The translations under genes were made by a program, and so were the position numbers. From NCBI GenBank assembly GCA_963811385.1, contig CAWEQX010000002.1, forward strand, positions 227,081 to 291,080: a stretch of DNA of 64,000 nt, read 5' to 3'. The notes below the pieces were generated by a model. That model saw only the letters and a list, made by a program, of their open reading frames with translations. It was not told where the DNA came from and did no database searches. This document shows positions 1 through 11,119 of the stretch, piece after piece. Source of the DNA: an uncultured Actinomycetota bacterium (lineage in GTDB: Bacteria; Actinomycetota; Actinomycetes; Propionibacteriales; Nocardioidaceae). Position 1 is the stretch's first letter; each line of letters opens with the position of its first letter.

Positions 1-71
1 CGTCGGCTGAGGTAGTGCCACAGATCGGGAGAACGCCTCATCCGGGCGCGGTGCCTACCTCAGATCGCCGG

Positions 72-1229
72 TCAGGGCAGCGGCCGCACCAGGGGCACCC
101 CCGGCCGGTAGGCCAGGTGCAGGTAGGACGGGGCCTCGAGCGCGGACAGGTCGGCGCGGGCGCCGGGGCGCAGGTGGCCCACGTCGTCACGGTCGAGGGC
201 CGCAGCGCCACCGAGCGTCGCGGCGGTCAGCGCCTCGGCCGGCGTCATGCCCATCTCGCGGACGGCGAGGGCCATCACCAGCGGCATCGACGAGGTGTAG
301 CAGGAGCCGGGGTTGCAGTCGGTCGCGATCGCCACCCGCACACCGCGGTCGAGCAGCATGCGGGCGTCGGGGTAGGGCGAGCGGGTCGAGAACTCCACCC
401 CCGGCAGCAGCGTCGCGACCGTCCCGGTCCCGGCGAGCGCCTCGACGTCGTCCTCCTCGAGGTAGGTGCAGTGGTCCACTGCCACCAGCCCGAGCTCGCA
501 GGCGAGCTGCACCCCGGGTCCGGGCCCCAGCTGGTTGGCGTGCAGCCGACCACGCAGACCCTTGGACCGTCCCGCTGACAAGACCGCCCGCGCCTGGTCG
601 GCGTCGAAGGCGCCTCGCTCGCAGAACACGTCGATCCACTTGGCGTGCGGCGCACAGGCGTCGAGCATCGGCCCGGTGACCAGGTCGACGTACGCCGCCG
701 GGTCGTCGGCGTGCTCCGGCGGCACCACGTGGGCGCCGAGGAACGTGGTCTCGCTGGTCATCCGCGCGGCGATCGCGAGCGCGCGGGCCTCGTCGGCCAC
801 GGTGAGGCCGTAGCCGCTCTTCACCTCCACCGTCGTCGTCCCCTGCCGGCGCATCTCCCCGACGTGACGCAACAGCGTCGCCTCGAGCTCCTCGTCGGTG
901 GCGGCACGCGTGGCGGCGACGGTCGTGCGGATGCCGCCGCCGTCGTACGCCGTGCCGGCCATCCGGGCGGCGAACTCCTCGGCCCGGTCACCGGCGAAGA
1001 GCAGGTGCGAGTGGGAGTCGACGAACCCCGGGACCACCGCGCGGCCACCCAGGTCCTGCGCCTGGTCGGCCTCCGGGGCCTCCCCCGCGGGCCCGGTCCA
1101 CGCCACCGTCCAACCCTCGCCCGTGCCCTCGACCACCACCGCGGCGTCGTGGACGACCCCGAGGCCGGGACCGTGCCGGGGGTCGAAGGTGACCAGCTCA
1201 CCGATGCCGGTCAGGAGGAGGGCGGGCAC
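72..1229 (-). CDS. hutI: imidazolonepropionase
   Basis: 385-aa ORF with amidohydrolase-superfamily motifs ([30 protein letters not shown]). It lies next to hutF/hutU/hutH. GTG start at 1229 follows GAGGGTGGG. Confidence 0.93.
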   Translation of the reverse strand: MPALLLTGIGELVTFDPRHGPGLGVVHDAAVVVEGTGEGWTVAWTGPAGEAPEADQAQDLGGRAVVPGFVDSHSHLLFAGDRAEEFAARMAGTAYDGGGIRTTVAATRAATDEELEATLLRHVGEMRRQGTTTVEVKSGYGLTVADEARALAIAARMTSETTFLGAHVVPPEHADDPAAYVDLVTGPMLDACAPHAKWIDVFCERGAFDADQARAVLSAGRSKGLRGRLHANQLGPGPGVQLACELGLVAVDHCTYLEEDDVEALAGTGTVATLLPGVEFSTRSPYPDARMLLDRGVRVAIATDCNPGSCYTSSMPLVMALAVREMGMTPAEALTAATLGGAAALDRDDVGHLRPGARADLSALEAPSYLHLAYRPGVPLVRPLP

Positions 1230-1264
1230 TCACCCACCCTCGCACAGCCTCACAGCGGCGTGCC

Positions 1265-2590
1265 TCATCCGAGGAGCCCGCGGACGGCGGCCGCGAGCGC
1301 GTCGCCCACCCGGCGCTCGGCGTCGGGTCGCTGGCCGGGCTCGAGCAGGACCCGTCCCCCCGCGACCACGCCGACCACGTCCGCGGCGCTCGCGGCGTAG
1401 ACCGCGGTCTCGGCCGTCGGGCCGCTGCCGGCGGTGCGGGGCGTGGTCAGGTCGAGCGTGACCAGGTCGGCCCGCGCGCCCGGCTCGAGCCGCCCCGCGT
1501 CGCCGAAGCCCACCGACGCGTGGCCGTCGGAAGTCGCGGCCCGCAGCAGGTCGGCGGCGCGCCAGTGCCCGCGGCGCTGCGTCACCAGGCGCTCGTCGAG
1601 CTCGACGGCTCGCATCTCCTCGAAGAGGTCGACCACCGCATGGCTGTCGGAGCCCAGGGTGAGGCGCGACCCTGCGGCCCGCAGCGCGGGCGCAGGGCCG
1701 ACGCCGTCGCCCAGGTCACGCTCGGTGGTCGGGCAGAAGCAGGCCGCGGCGCGCGCCGACCCCAGCAGGTCGACGTCGTGGTCGGTCAGGTGCGTGGCGT
1801 GCACCGCGCTGGTGCGGTCGCTCAGCGCACCGGCCTCCCCGAGGACCTCGGTCGGCGTGCGGCCGTAGACCTCGAGGCACTCGGCGTTCTCGGCGACCTG
1901 CTCGGACAGGTGCACGTGCAGCGGCACCTCGAACATGTCGGCCCACTCCGCGACCAGTCGCATGTCCTGCAGCGGCACCGCGCGCACGGAGTGGATCGCC
2001 GCGCCCACGACCACGTCGCCGCCCTCCTCGGCGGTCTGCTGGTCGGCACGCTCCTGCCACTCCTGGCCGGAGCCGTCGGAGTAGCGCCGCTGCACGCCCT
2101 CCGGGGCACGACCGATGCCCGCGGCGAGGTAGCAGGTGTCGAGCAGCGAGATCCGCACGCCCACCTCGCGCGCCGCGTCGAGCAGGGCGGTGCCCATCGC
2201 GTTGGGGTCGTCGTACGGCGTGCCGTCGGGGCCGTGGTGCAGGTAGTGGAACTCCCCGACCGTGGTGATGCCGGCCAGGGCCATCTCACCGAAGACCGCC
2301 ACCGCCAGCTCGCGGTAGGACTCGGGGTCGAGCCGCGCGGCGACGGCGTACATCTGCTCGCGCCAGGTCCAGAACGTGCCGTCACCGCGTTGGGTGCGGC
2401 CGCGCAGCGCACGGTGGAAGGCGTGGCTGTGGCAGTTGGCCAGACCGGGGATCGTCAAGCCGGCAAGGCGGTGCGCCCCGGTGACGGGGGTGTGGTCGAC
2501 GCGGGTGAAGCGCCCGTCGACGACCGTGGCGTAGACGTCGTCGGAGATGCCGTCGGGCAGCCACGCGTGCTCCAGGAGGTACGTCGTCAC
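1265..2590 (-). CDS. hutF: formimidoylglutamate deiminase
   Basis: 441-aa ORF with amidohydrolase motifs (LANCHSHAFHR, PLHVHLSEQ, LGSDSHAV) and hut context. Its GTG start overlaps the stop of the upstream M20 gene (GTGA). Confidence 0.88.
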   Translation of the reverse strand: MTTYLLEHAWLPDGISDDVYATVVDGRFTRVDHTPVTGAHRLAGLTIPGLANCHSHAFHRALRGRTQRGDGTFWTWREQMYAVAARLDPESYRELAVAVFGEMALAGITTVGEFHYLHHGPDGTPYDDPNAMGTALLDAAREVGVRISLLDTCYLAAGIGRAPEGVQRRYSDGSGQEWQERADQQTAEEGGDVVVGAAIHSVRAVPLQDMRLVAEWADMFEVPLHVHLSEQVAENAECLEVYGRTPTEVLGEAGALSDRTSAVHATHLTDHDVDLLGSARAAACFCPTTERDLGDGVGPAPALRAAGSRLTLGSDSHAVVDLFEEMRAVELDERLVTQRRGHWRAADLLRAATSDGHASVGFGDAGRLEPGARADLVTLDLTTPRTAGSGPTAETAVYAASAADVVGVVAGGRVLLEPGQRPDAERRVGDALAAAVRGLLG

Positions 2591-3815
2591 CGGGCGAGCT
2601 CCGCGAGCACGTCGGCCAGCGCCTCGACCCCGGCGAGGCAGTCGGCCACCTCCGCGTGCTCCTCGGGCGAGTGGGAGACCCCGCTCGGGTTGCGGACGAA
2701 CAGCATGGCCGTGGGGACGCCGGCCCCCGAGAGGATCCCGGCGTCGTGGCCGGCCTGCGTCGGCAGCACCGGCCAGCCCCGCGGCTGCGCCAGCCGTCTC
2801 GCGAGCTCGGGGTCGAAGCCCACCGGCCCGCTCACCGACTCGGCGGTGACCTCGACCCGGGTGCCGTCGCGATCGGCGCGCTCACGCGCCTGGCGCGACA
2901 CCGCCCCGACCAGGTCCTCGAGGGCCTCGTCGGACTCCGCCCGGGCGTCGAGCCACCCGGTGACGCGCCCCGCGATGCCGTTGGTCGAGCCCGGGTCCAC
3001 CTCGACGCGACCGAAGGTGGCGCGCTGCCCGGACAGCCGTGCCTGCTTGTTGGCCGCGAGGACGGTCATCGCGTAGGTGAGCATCGGGTCGCGCCGGTCC
3101 TCCATCCGCGTGGTGCCGGCATGGTCGGGCCGGCCGGTGAAGTCGAGCCGGTAGCGCCCGTGCGGCCAGATCAGGCTGGCCACCCCGACCGGCTGGTCCA
3201 CGTCGGCCAGCGCTCGTCCCTGCTCGACGTGGAGCTCGACGAACGTCTGCACGTGCGCCAGCCACCCCTCGTCCGGGTGCGGGCGCGCCGTGGCGCGTCC
3301 GCGACCGGACGAGGCGGGATCCGGGCCTTCCATGACCTCCGCCAGCGCGACCCCGTCCCGGTCCCGCAGCTCTCGGGCCTCGGCCCACGCCAGCGCCCCC
3401 GTCGCGAGGCGCGAGCCCAGGCAGGCCAGCGGGAACCGCGACCCCTCCTCCTCCCGGAAGGACGCGACCCCGATCGGCCGGGCGGGGGTGAACCCGCGCT
3501 CACGCAGCAGGTCGACCGCGGCGAAGGCGGACACCACGCCCAGCGGGCCGTCGTACGCCCCGCCCTGGCGCACCGAGTCCAGGTGCGAGCCGGTGAGGAC
3601 GCCGGGGCGGTCGGCCGTCGGCGTGCCGCCCCACCACGCGACGTGGTTGCCGAAGGGGTCCGTGACGACGGTGAGGCCGCGGCGGGCGCACTCGGCGGCG
3701 TACCACGCCTGCGCCTCCTCCTCGGCGGCGGTGAAGGGCTGCCGGAGGTAGCCGCCGGTCGCGCTCGACCGCCCGACCGGGGCGAGGTCGGTCCACATCT
3801 GCTCGAAGGTCATGC
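2587..3815 (-). CDS. M20-family Zn amidohydrolase (allantoate amidohydrolase / N-carbamoyl-amino-acid hydrolase type); probable N-formylglutamate-cleaving step of the hut pathway
   Basis: The start is an internal ATG (MTFEQMWTDLAP...) of the 656-aa track ORF. The upstream 247 codons are Arg/Gly/Pro-rich shadow sequence that overlaps the opposite-strand nitroreductase gene. The body is M20-like (SHLDSVRQGGAYDGPLGV, FREEEGSRF, GHDAGIL). Confidence 0.8.
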
Positions 3816-3822
3816 TGCTCCT

Positions 3823-4428
3823 GTGGAGTTCGCTGATGTCGTACGTCGCCGCCGGATGGTCCGAACCTACTCCGGCGAGCCGGTCGACCCGGCCCTCGTG
3901 GACCGGGTCCTGGCGCACGCCCTGCGCGCGCCGAGTGCCGGCAACAGCCAGGGCTGGGCGTTCCTCGTGCTCGACGCCCCGGCCGACGTCGCGCGCTACT
4001 GGCGGGCCTCCGCCGGCTCGCGGGTCGACGACCCGGACCGATGGCTGCGGGGCATGATGACCGCCCCGGTGGTGATCGTGCCGCTGAGCCACAAGGACGC
4101 CTACCTCGACCGCTACGCCGAGCCCGACAAGGGCTGGACGGACCGCGCGGAGGACCGCTGGCCGGTGCCGTACTGGCACCTCGACACGGCCATGGCGTCG
4201 CTGCTCATGCTCCTGACCGCCACCGACGAGGGCCTGGGCGCCTGCTTCTTCGGCGTCCCGGGCGACCGGCACGACGCGCTCCGCGCGGAGTTCGGCGTGC
4301 CGGCGGCGTACACCCCGGTCGGGGCGGTCGCCCTGGGTCACCGGGTCCCCGGCGACACCGGTCCGCCCGGCTCGGCCGCCCGCGCACGGCGTACCCCGGA
4401 CGACGTCGTCCACCGCGGGGGCTGGTGA
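3823..4428 (+). CDS. nitroreductase family protein
   Basis: GTG start at 3823 (VEFADVVRRRRMVRTYSGEPV...). Typical nitroreductase N-terminus (RRRMVRxY, APSAGNSQGW) and C-terminal GACFFG motif. High GC3. Only the last 201 codons of the 590-aa track ORF are credible. Confidence 0.8.
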   Translation: MEFADVVRRRRMVRTYSGEPVDPALVDRVLAHALRAPSAGNSQGWAFLVLDAPADVARYWRASAGSRVDDPDRWLRGMMTAPVVIVPLSHKDAYLDRYAEPDKGWTDRAEDRWPVPYWHLDTAMASLLMLLTATDEGLGACFFGVPGDRHDALRAEFGVPAAYTPVGAVALGHRVPGDTGPPGSAARARRTPDDVVHRGGW

Positions 4429-4531
4429 GGACGGTTTACCTGGGTATGTCGAGAACCTGCCACTCCCCCAGGTGAATCCACCTGGGGAGGGGGCGGGTCG
4501 CCTGCATACCCAGGGAAACCGACCCCGACGG

Positions 4532-6193
<1,662 letters not shown>

Positions 6194-6198
6194 CTCGT

Positions 6199-6546
6199 TC
6201 ACTCCTCGGTGGGGGCGGGGTGGCCGTCGGCCCAGACCTCGGTGAGGTCGGTGATCCGGCCGTCGGTGACGGTCAGGAAGGAGGCGACGTGGTAGGTCGC
6301 CTCCTCGTTGAAGACCCGGGCACGCACGACCGCGCGGGTGTCCGTGGCGACGATGTCCTCGGCCACGAAGCTCCAGCGGCCGGGGTAGTCGGCGTTGAAG
6401 CGGATCCACTCCGGACCGCTCATCCGCCGGTCGTCGTGCACGAAGTGCACGGTCGTCGCGTCGTCGACGAGCGCGGCGAGCGAGTGCCAGTCACGGGCGT
6501 CGACCGAGGTGATGAAGCGGTGCGCGACGAACGCCGGTGACGTCAT
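6199..6546 (-). CDS. SnoaL-like / NTF2-fold protein
   Basis: 115 aa ([29 protein letters not shown]...). It occupies the C-terminal part of a 504-aa track ORF. There is an ATGA overlap with the hutH stop and a 5-nt gap to the hutU start. High GC3. Confidence 0.7.
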   Translation of the reverse strand: MTSPAFVAHRFITSVDARDWHSLAALVDDATTVHFVHDDRRMSGPEWIRFNADYPGRWSFVAEDIVATDTRAVVRARVFNEEATYHVASFLTVTDGRITDLTEVWADGHPAPTEE

Positions 6547-8159
6547 GCCAGCTCCCCGATCACTTCTTGTACGGCGGACAACAGTGCGCCGGTGCCCACC
6601 AGCTGCACGGCCTCCTCGATCTCGGGGGCCAGGTGGCGGTCGGGCCCGGGACCCGGGACGGTGCGCCGCAGGAGCGCGAGCACGGCGCCGGTGGCCGGGC
6701 TGGGGGCCAGGTCGGTGGAGCTCGACGAGACCCGCAGGTCGAGGGCCCGTGCCGCCGTCAGCACCTCGATCGCCAGCACCCGGGTGAGCCCGTCGATCGA
6801 GCGGCGGAGCTTGCGGGCGGCGTGCCACCCCATCGAGACGTGGTCCTCCTGCATCGCCGAGGAGGGGATGGAGTCCACCGACGCCGGCACCGCGAGCCGC
6901 TTGAGCTCGGAGACGATCCCGGCGGAGGTGTACTGCGCGATCATGTGCCCGCTGTCCACGCCGGGGTCGGCGGCGAGGAACGGCGGCAGGCCGTGGTTGC
7001 GGGCCCTGTCGAGGAAGCGGTCGGTGCGGCGCTCGCTGATCGAGGCGAGGTCCGCGATCGCGATCGCGAGGAAGTCCAGGACGTAGCCGACCGGCGCTCC
7101 GTGGAAGTTGCCGTTGGACTCGACACGTCCGCGGGGCCCGCCACCGGACGTCCCCGCCCCCGGCTCGGGCTGGTCGAACACCACGACCGGGTTGTCGATC
7201 GCGGAGGCGAGCTCGCGCCCGGCGACCGTCGCCGCGTGGTCGCGGGTGTCGCGGGCCGCCCCGTGCACCTGCGGCGAGCAGCGCAGGGAGTAGGCGTCCT
7301 GCACGCGGTTGCAGTCCGGACCGCGGTGCGAGGCCACCACGCCGGAGTCGCCCAGGAGGCGGCGCAGGTTGGCCGCCGAGGCCGCCTGCCCCGGGTGCGG
7401 GCGCAGCGCTTGCAGGTCCTCGGCGAAGACCCGGTCGGTGGCGAGCTGTGCCTCCACGGACATCGCGGCCGCGACGTCGGCGACGCGGAGCAGGTTGTCC
7501 AGGTCGTGCAGCGCGAGCACGAGCATCCCGGTCATCCCATCGGTGCCGTTGATCAGCGCGAGGCCCTCCTTGGGACCGAGCTCGACCGGCGAGAGGCCGC
7601 ACTCGGCCAGCGCCGTCGCCGCGTCGGTGGGCGAGCCGTCGGCGCGGTGGACCGGGCCCTCCCCCATCAGCGCGAGGGCCACGTGGGACAGCGGCGCGAG
7701 GTCCCCGGAGCACCCGAGGGAGCCGTACTCGTGGACCACCGGCGTGATCCCGTGCGTGAGGAGGTCGGCCAGCAGCTGCGCGGTGGCCGGACGCACGCCG
7801 GTGTGGCCGGTGGCCAGGGTCGAGAGGCGCAGCAGCATCAGTCCGCGGACCACCTCGCGCTCCACCTCCGGGCCCGACCCCGCCGCGTGGGAGCGCACCA
7901 GGGAGCGCTGCAGCTGGGCGCGGGACTCGGCGGGGATGTGGCGCGTGGCCAGGGCACCGAACCCGGTCGAGATGCCGTACGCCGGCGTGGGCGCCTCCGC
8001 GAGCGCCTCCACCACGGTGCGGGCGTGCTCGATGGCGGCCATGGCGTCGTGGCCCAGCCGGACACCGGCCCCGCGACGGGCGACCGCGACGACGTCCGCG
8101 ACGTCCACCGGCCCCGTCCCGACCTCCACCACCTGCAGGCCTTGCTCGAGTGTCGTCAT
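6543..8159 (-). CDS. hutH: histidine ammonia-lyase
   Basis: 538 aa from the internal ATG (MTTLEQGLQVVEV...). Contains the MIO-forming ASGD-type segment (GSLGCSGDLAPLSH) and HAL-type motifs. Confidence 0.95.
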   Translation of the reverse strand: MTTLEQGLQVVEVGTGPVDVADVVAVARRGAGVRLGHDAMAAIEHARTVVEALAEAPTPAYGISTGFGALATRHIPAESRAQLQRSLVRSHAAGSGPEVEREVVRGLMLLRLSTLATGHTGVRPATAQLLADLLTHGITPVVHEYGSLGCSGDLAPLSHVALALMGEGPVHRADGSPTDAATALAECGLSPVELGPKEGLALINGTDGMTGMLVLALHDLDNLLRVADVAAAMSVEAQLATDRVFAEDLQALRPHPGQAASAANLRRLLGDSGVVASHRGPDCNRVQDAYSLRCSPQVHGAARDTRDHAATVAGRELASAIDNPVVVFDQPEPGAGTSGGGPRGRVESNGNFHGAPVGYVLDFLAIAIADLASISERRTDRFLDRARNHGLPPFLAADPGVDSGHMIAQYTSAGIVSELKRLAVPASVDSIPSSAMQEDHVSMGWHAARKLRRSIDGLTRVLAIEVLTAARALDLRVSSSSTDLAPSPATGAVLALLRRTVPGPGPDRHLAPEIEEAVQLVGTGALLSAVQEVIGELA

Positions 8160-8215
8160 GCCTCGATGGAACACCCCCGAGCGCCCCCGCGGCGAGGCCG
8201 GCGAGGCAGCAGATG

Positions 8216-8229
8216 TCTCGGATCCGAGA
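8216..8229. promoter_or_regulatory. 14-bp perfect palindrome TCTCGGATCCGAGA in the hutH / IclR divergent intergenic region (candidate operator)
   Basis: Read directly. It is followed by a partial third half-site (TAGTCTCGG). It lies 52 nt upstream of the IclR start and 57 nt upstream of the hutH start. Confidence 0.3.
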
Positions 8230-8280
8230 TAGTCTCGGCCGGACCCGGCCACCGCGGACGGTCCGACCACCGGAGGTGCG

Positions 8281-9024
8281 ATGCCGCAGGTCCCCGCCGC
8301 CACCCGGACGCTACGGGTGCTGCGCTTCCTGGCCGGCCAGCCCGCCCCCGTGCCCCTGGAGCGGATCGCCCGCGCGGTCGGGATGCCGCGCAGCTCGGCG
8401 TACCACCTCCTCGCGGCGATGGCCGAGGAGGGCTTCGTGGTGCACCTGCCCGACGAGCGGCGCTACGGCCTCGGCGTGGCGGCCTTCGAGGTGGCCACCG
8501 GCTACGCCCGCCAGGAGCCACTCGCGCGCCTCGCGCGCCGACCACTGGCCGACCTGGTCGACGCGACCGGCGAGAGCGCCCACCTGGCGGTGATGCACGG
8601 GCGCGACGTGCTCTACGTCCTCGAGGAGCGCGCGCCCGGCCGTCCGCCGCTGGTCACCGACGTCGGGGTCCGGCTGCCGGCGCACCTCACCGCCAGCGGG
8701 CGCGCGATGCTCGCCGCGCTGCCGACGGCGCAGGTGCGGGCCCTCCACCCGGACCGGTCCGCCTTCGTGCAGCGCCACGGCACCGGGCCGTCGTCGCTGT
8801 CGGCGCTGCGGACGCTGCTGACCGAGGCCCGCCAGCGCGGGTGGGCGGTCGAGGACGGCGAGGTGACGCCGGGGCTGTCGTCGGTCGCCGCCGCCGTGCT
8901 CGACCACAACGGGCTGCCCGTCGCCGGGGTGGCGCTCACCTTCTCGGCCGGGGACGGGGCCGGCGGCCGGCTGGCTCCCGCGGTCCGCCGGGTCGCCCAG
9001 GCGCTCGGCTCGCGGCTGCGCTGA
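8281..9024 (+). CDS. IclR-family transcriptional regulator (likely hut regulator)
   Basis: 247 aa with an N-terminal wHTH (RTLRVLRFLAG...ERIARAVGMPRSSAYHLLAAM) and an IclR effector domain. GGAGG RBS. Divergent from hutH. Confidence 0.9.
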   Translation: MPQVPAATRTLRVLRFLAGQPAPVPLERIARAVGMPRSSAYHLLAAMAEEGFVVHLPDERRYGLGVAAFEVATGYARQEPLARLARRPLADLVDATGESAHLAVMHGRDVLYVLEERAPGRPPLVTDVGVRLPAHLTASGRAMLAALPTAQVRALHPDRSAFVQRHGTGPSSLSALRTLLTEARQRGWAVEDGEVTPGLSSVAAAVLDHNGLPVAGVALTFSAGDGAGGRLAPAVRRVAQALGSRLR

Positions 9025-9138
9025 GGATCGCGTCGCCGACCGCCCCACCAACCCCTAGGGAGATGATGGGCCGGAGGGCCCCCCGGTCGGGAGAGATGGC
9101 CCCTGGTCAAGACCAGATTGATGACCTAGCGTCCGTTC

Positions 9139-10590
9139 ATGGCCACGCCCGGACGCCACCGCCGCGAGCGCGCGACTCCTGTCCGCGCCCGCCTGGTGGT
9201 CGGGTCCGCGTTGGCGCTGTCGGTGACCACGGCCAGCGTGGCCGCGGCCACGGGCGAGCGCCCCGGTCCGGTCCGGATGAGCGCCGGCACGACCTCCGGA
9301 ACCACCTCGGGCACGACCTCGGGCAGCCCACTCACGGTCGAGTCAGCGGTCGTGCTGCAGCAGCTTCCCGGCACCGTCGACTCGGTCGCGGGGTCGGCCG
9401 GTGTCGGGGCCCCTGCCTGGCTGCGGCGCTCCCCGGGCGACCTTCCGGCCGACGCCGCGTCGGCCTACCTGCTCGCCGCCCGCACGCTCCACCAGGTCGC
9501 GCCGCAGTGCGCGGTGACCGCGCCGCTGCTCGCCGGCCTGGGCCGCGTCGTGTCCGACCACGGGCGGCTGGCGGCCACCCGTGCCGCCTCGGGACCGGCC
9601 GGACCCGACACCGACGGCGGCCGCCTGGACCACGACCCCCGCACCGATCGGCCGGTCGGTCCGATGCGCATGCTGCCCTCGACCTGGACCGCCACCGGCG
9701 TCGACGCCGACGGCGACGGCGTCCGCGACCCGCGCAGCCTCGACGACGCCGCACTGGCCGCGGGGGTCTACCTGTGTGCCGCCGTCCGCACCGGCACCCC
9801 GACCGAGCAGGTCGACGGCGCGCTGGCGGCCTGGGACAGCACGCCCGGCTTCGCGGCGACGGTGCGGCGCCTCGCCCACGCCTACGCGGGCCCGCACTAC
9901 GCCGCGGTCTGGGACACCGGCGCCGCCGCGCCGCTCACCACCCCGCGTGCTGAAGCGGTGACCGACGCGACGCAGCAGCTCTCCGAGACCGGCATCGCCG
10001 CTCGCACCGACACCGCCCGGCCGGGCGGTCGTCCCCACCGGCCGGCGACCCGGCCGGTCGCCCAGCTCGGGCACCACGTCGTGGCCTCCGCCGCCGTCGC
10101 GGCCGGCCCCACCCCGTCGAGCAGCCCGTCCAGCAGCCCGTCCAGCAGCCCGTCCAGCAGCCCGTCCAGCAGCCCGTCCAGCAGCCCGTCCAGCAGCCCG
10201 TCCAGCAGCCCGTCCAGCAGCCCTTCGAGCAGCCCGGCGCCCGCGGTCAGCGAGCCGCCGGCCCCCACCCCCACCGGCCCGACCAGCCCCACGTCGGGTC
10301 CCACCAGCCCCACGTCGGGTCCGACCAGCCCCACGTCGGGTCCCACCACGAGCCCGACCACCAGCCCGACCACGAGCCCCACCACGAGCCCGACCACGGC
10401 CCCCGCGCCCACACCGAGCTCGGCGGTGGAGCTGACCGGCCTGCTCGAGCGCGACGGTGAGACCTGGACGGTAGGAGGCGTGCCGCTCGACGTGACGGGG
10501 GCCGACCTCGCCGAGCTCGAGGCCTTGCTCGGCCAGCAGGTGGTGGCCCGCCGCGACCAGGACGGCGTCCTGGTCGTCTCGCCCGCCTGA
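9139..10590 (+). CDS. secreted protein with lytic-transglycosylase-like core and long Pro/Ser/Thr tandem-repeat linker
   Basis: 483 aa. The N-terminus is signal-like (RARLVVGSALALSVTTASVAAA). The segment GPMRMLPSTWTATGVDADGDGVRDPRSLDDAALAAGVYLC resembles MltB/SLT-type transglycosylases. Low-complexity repeats and a short globular tail follow. Confidence 0.75.
   Translation: MATPGRHRRERATPVRARLVVGSALALSVTTASVAAATGERPGPVRMSAGTTSGTTSGTTSGSPLTVESAVVLQQLPGTVDSVAGSAGVGAPAWLRRSPGDLPADAASAYLLAARTLHQVAPQCAVTAPLLAGLGRVVSDHGRLAATRAASGPAGPDTDGGRLDHDPRTDRPVGPMRMLPSTWTATGVDADGDGVRDPRSLDDAALAAGVYLCAAVRTGTPTEQVDGALAAWDSTPGFAATVRRLAHAYAGPHYAAVWDTGAAAPLTTPRAEAVTDATQQLSETGIAARTDTARPGGRPHRPATRPVAQLGHHVVASAAVAAGPTPSSSPSSSPSSSPSSSPSSSPSSSPSSSPSSSPSSSPSSSPAPAVSEPPAPTPTGPTSPTSGPTSPTSGPTSPTSGPTTSPTTSPTTSPTTSPTTAPAPTPSSAVELTGLLERDGETWTVGGVPLDVTGADLAELEALLGQQVVARRDQDGVLVVSPA
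10114..10392 (+). repeat. in-frame coding tandem repeats: 12 bp x10 (PSSS), 21 bp x3 (GPTSPTS), 12 bp x4 (TTSP)
   Basis: Read directly. The CCGTCCAGCAGC units span 10114-10233, the GG(C/T)CC(G/C)ACCAGCCCCACGTCG units 10276-10338, and the ACCACGAGCCCG-like units 10345-10392. Confidence 0.9.
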
Positions 10591-11119
10591 GCGCGCTCCA
10601 CGCCCTGCGGTCCGGGTGATCCCCGGCCAGGCATCCGGACAATCAGGACATCAAGGCATGCCCTGCCACCGCCGAGGTCCTCCGAGACCTGGTGGAACCG
10701 GGCCGGCGGCGCCGCCCCGCCGGCCCGGACCCACGCGCCGTACTCCCTCGACGACGGCCCGGACTTGCGACGCCGAGCGCCTGGCCGTGCGGTACGACGT
10801 CCGGGGCCACGCGGTGCGGACCAACGTCGCGCGGCCGATTCCTCCATTCGGCTGCCACGCCGGGCTCGGCCGCGAATACTCCGGGTTGCGCGGCTGCACC
10901 TGTCCGCACCTTGGACCGGCGTGTCGGCGAAGGTGGCACGTCGTCTTGTTTCCGCAGCACGGGGGTTTTCGGATGGTCCAGCACAGGCGCACACCTGCTC
11001 GGGTCAGGCTGGTCGCGACGGTCGCCCGGGAAGCGCGCGACCGGCGTGGGCGACGACGCCCGCCGGCAGCCCGCGGTGCGCGAGCCGGTCTGGTCGTCCA
11101 GGGTGGGCCGAGGAGACCT

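Noticed and set aside
7-62. Inverted repeat CTGAGGTAG...CTACCTCAG downstream of hutI as a terminator.
   Set aside because: The stem is only 9 bp with a loop of about 38 nt and no T-tract. It is too weak to call.
6537-9953. 1138-aa plus-strand ORF. Similar giant ORFs occur at 12444-15422 (-), 19726-22755 (-), 22958-26062 (+), 28628-30418 (-), 44891-48661 (upstream part) and 55341-58379 (+).
   Set aside because: These are Arg/Gly/Pro/Ala-rich shadow ORFs typical of very high-GC DNA. Each lies antisense to, or out of frame with, genes that have clear family motifs and proper GC3 bias.
10114-10392. Possible CRISPR array or non-coding satellite.
   Set aside because: There are no spacers. The units are 12 and 21 bp, in frame, and encode a P/S/T linker inside a good ORF.
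10616-11119. 168-codon upstream extension of the propeller/RTX ORF.
   Set aside because: The composition is non-protein-like (RRGPPRPGGTGPAAPPRRPGP...). A signal peptide with a good RBS begins at GTG 11120.
10591-11119. c-di-AMP (ydaO-type) or cobalamin riboswitch in the long gap upstream of a secreted protein gene.
   Set aside because: I could not find the conserved core elements (ydaO-type GGGGUGAAUCC and CCCGAAUCC blocks, or the B12 box). The region is kept only as a low-interest unassigned region.
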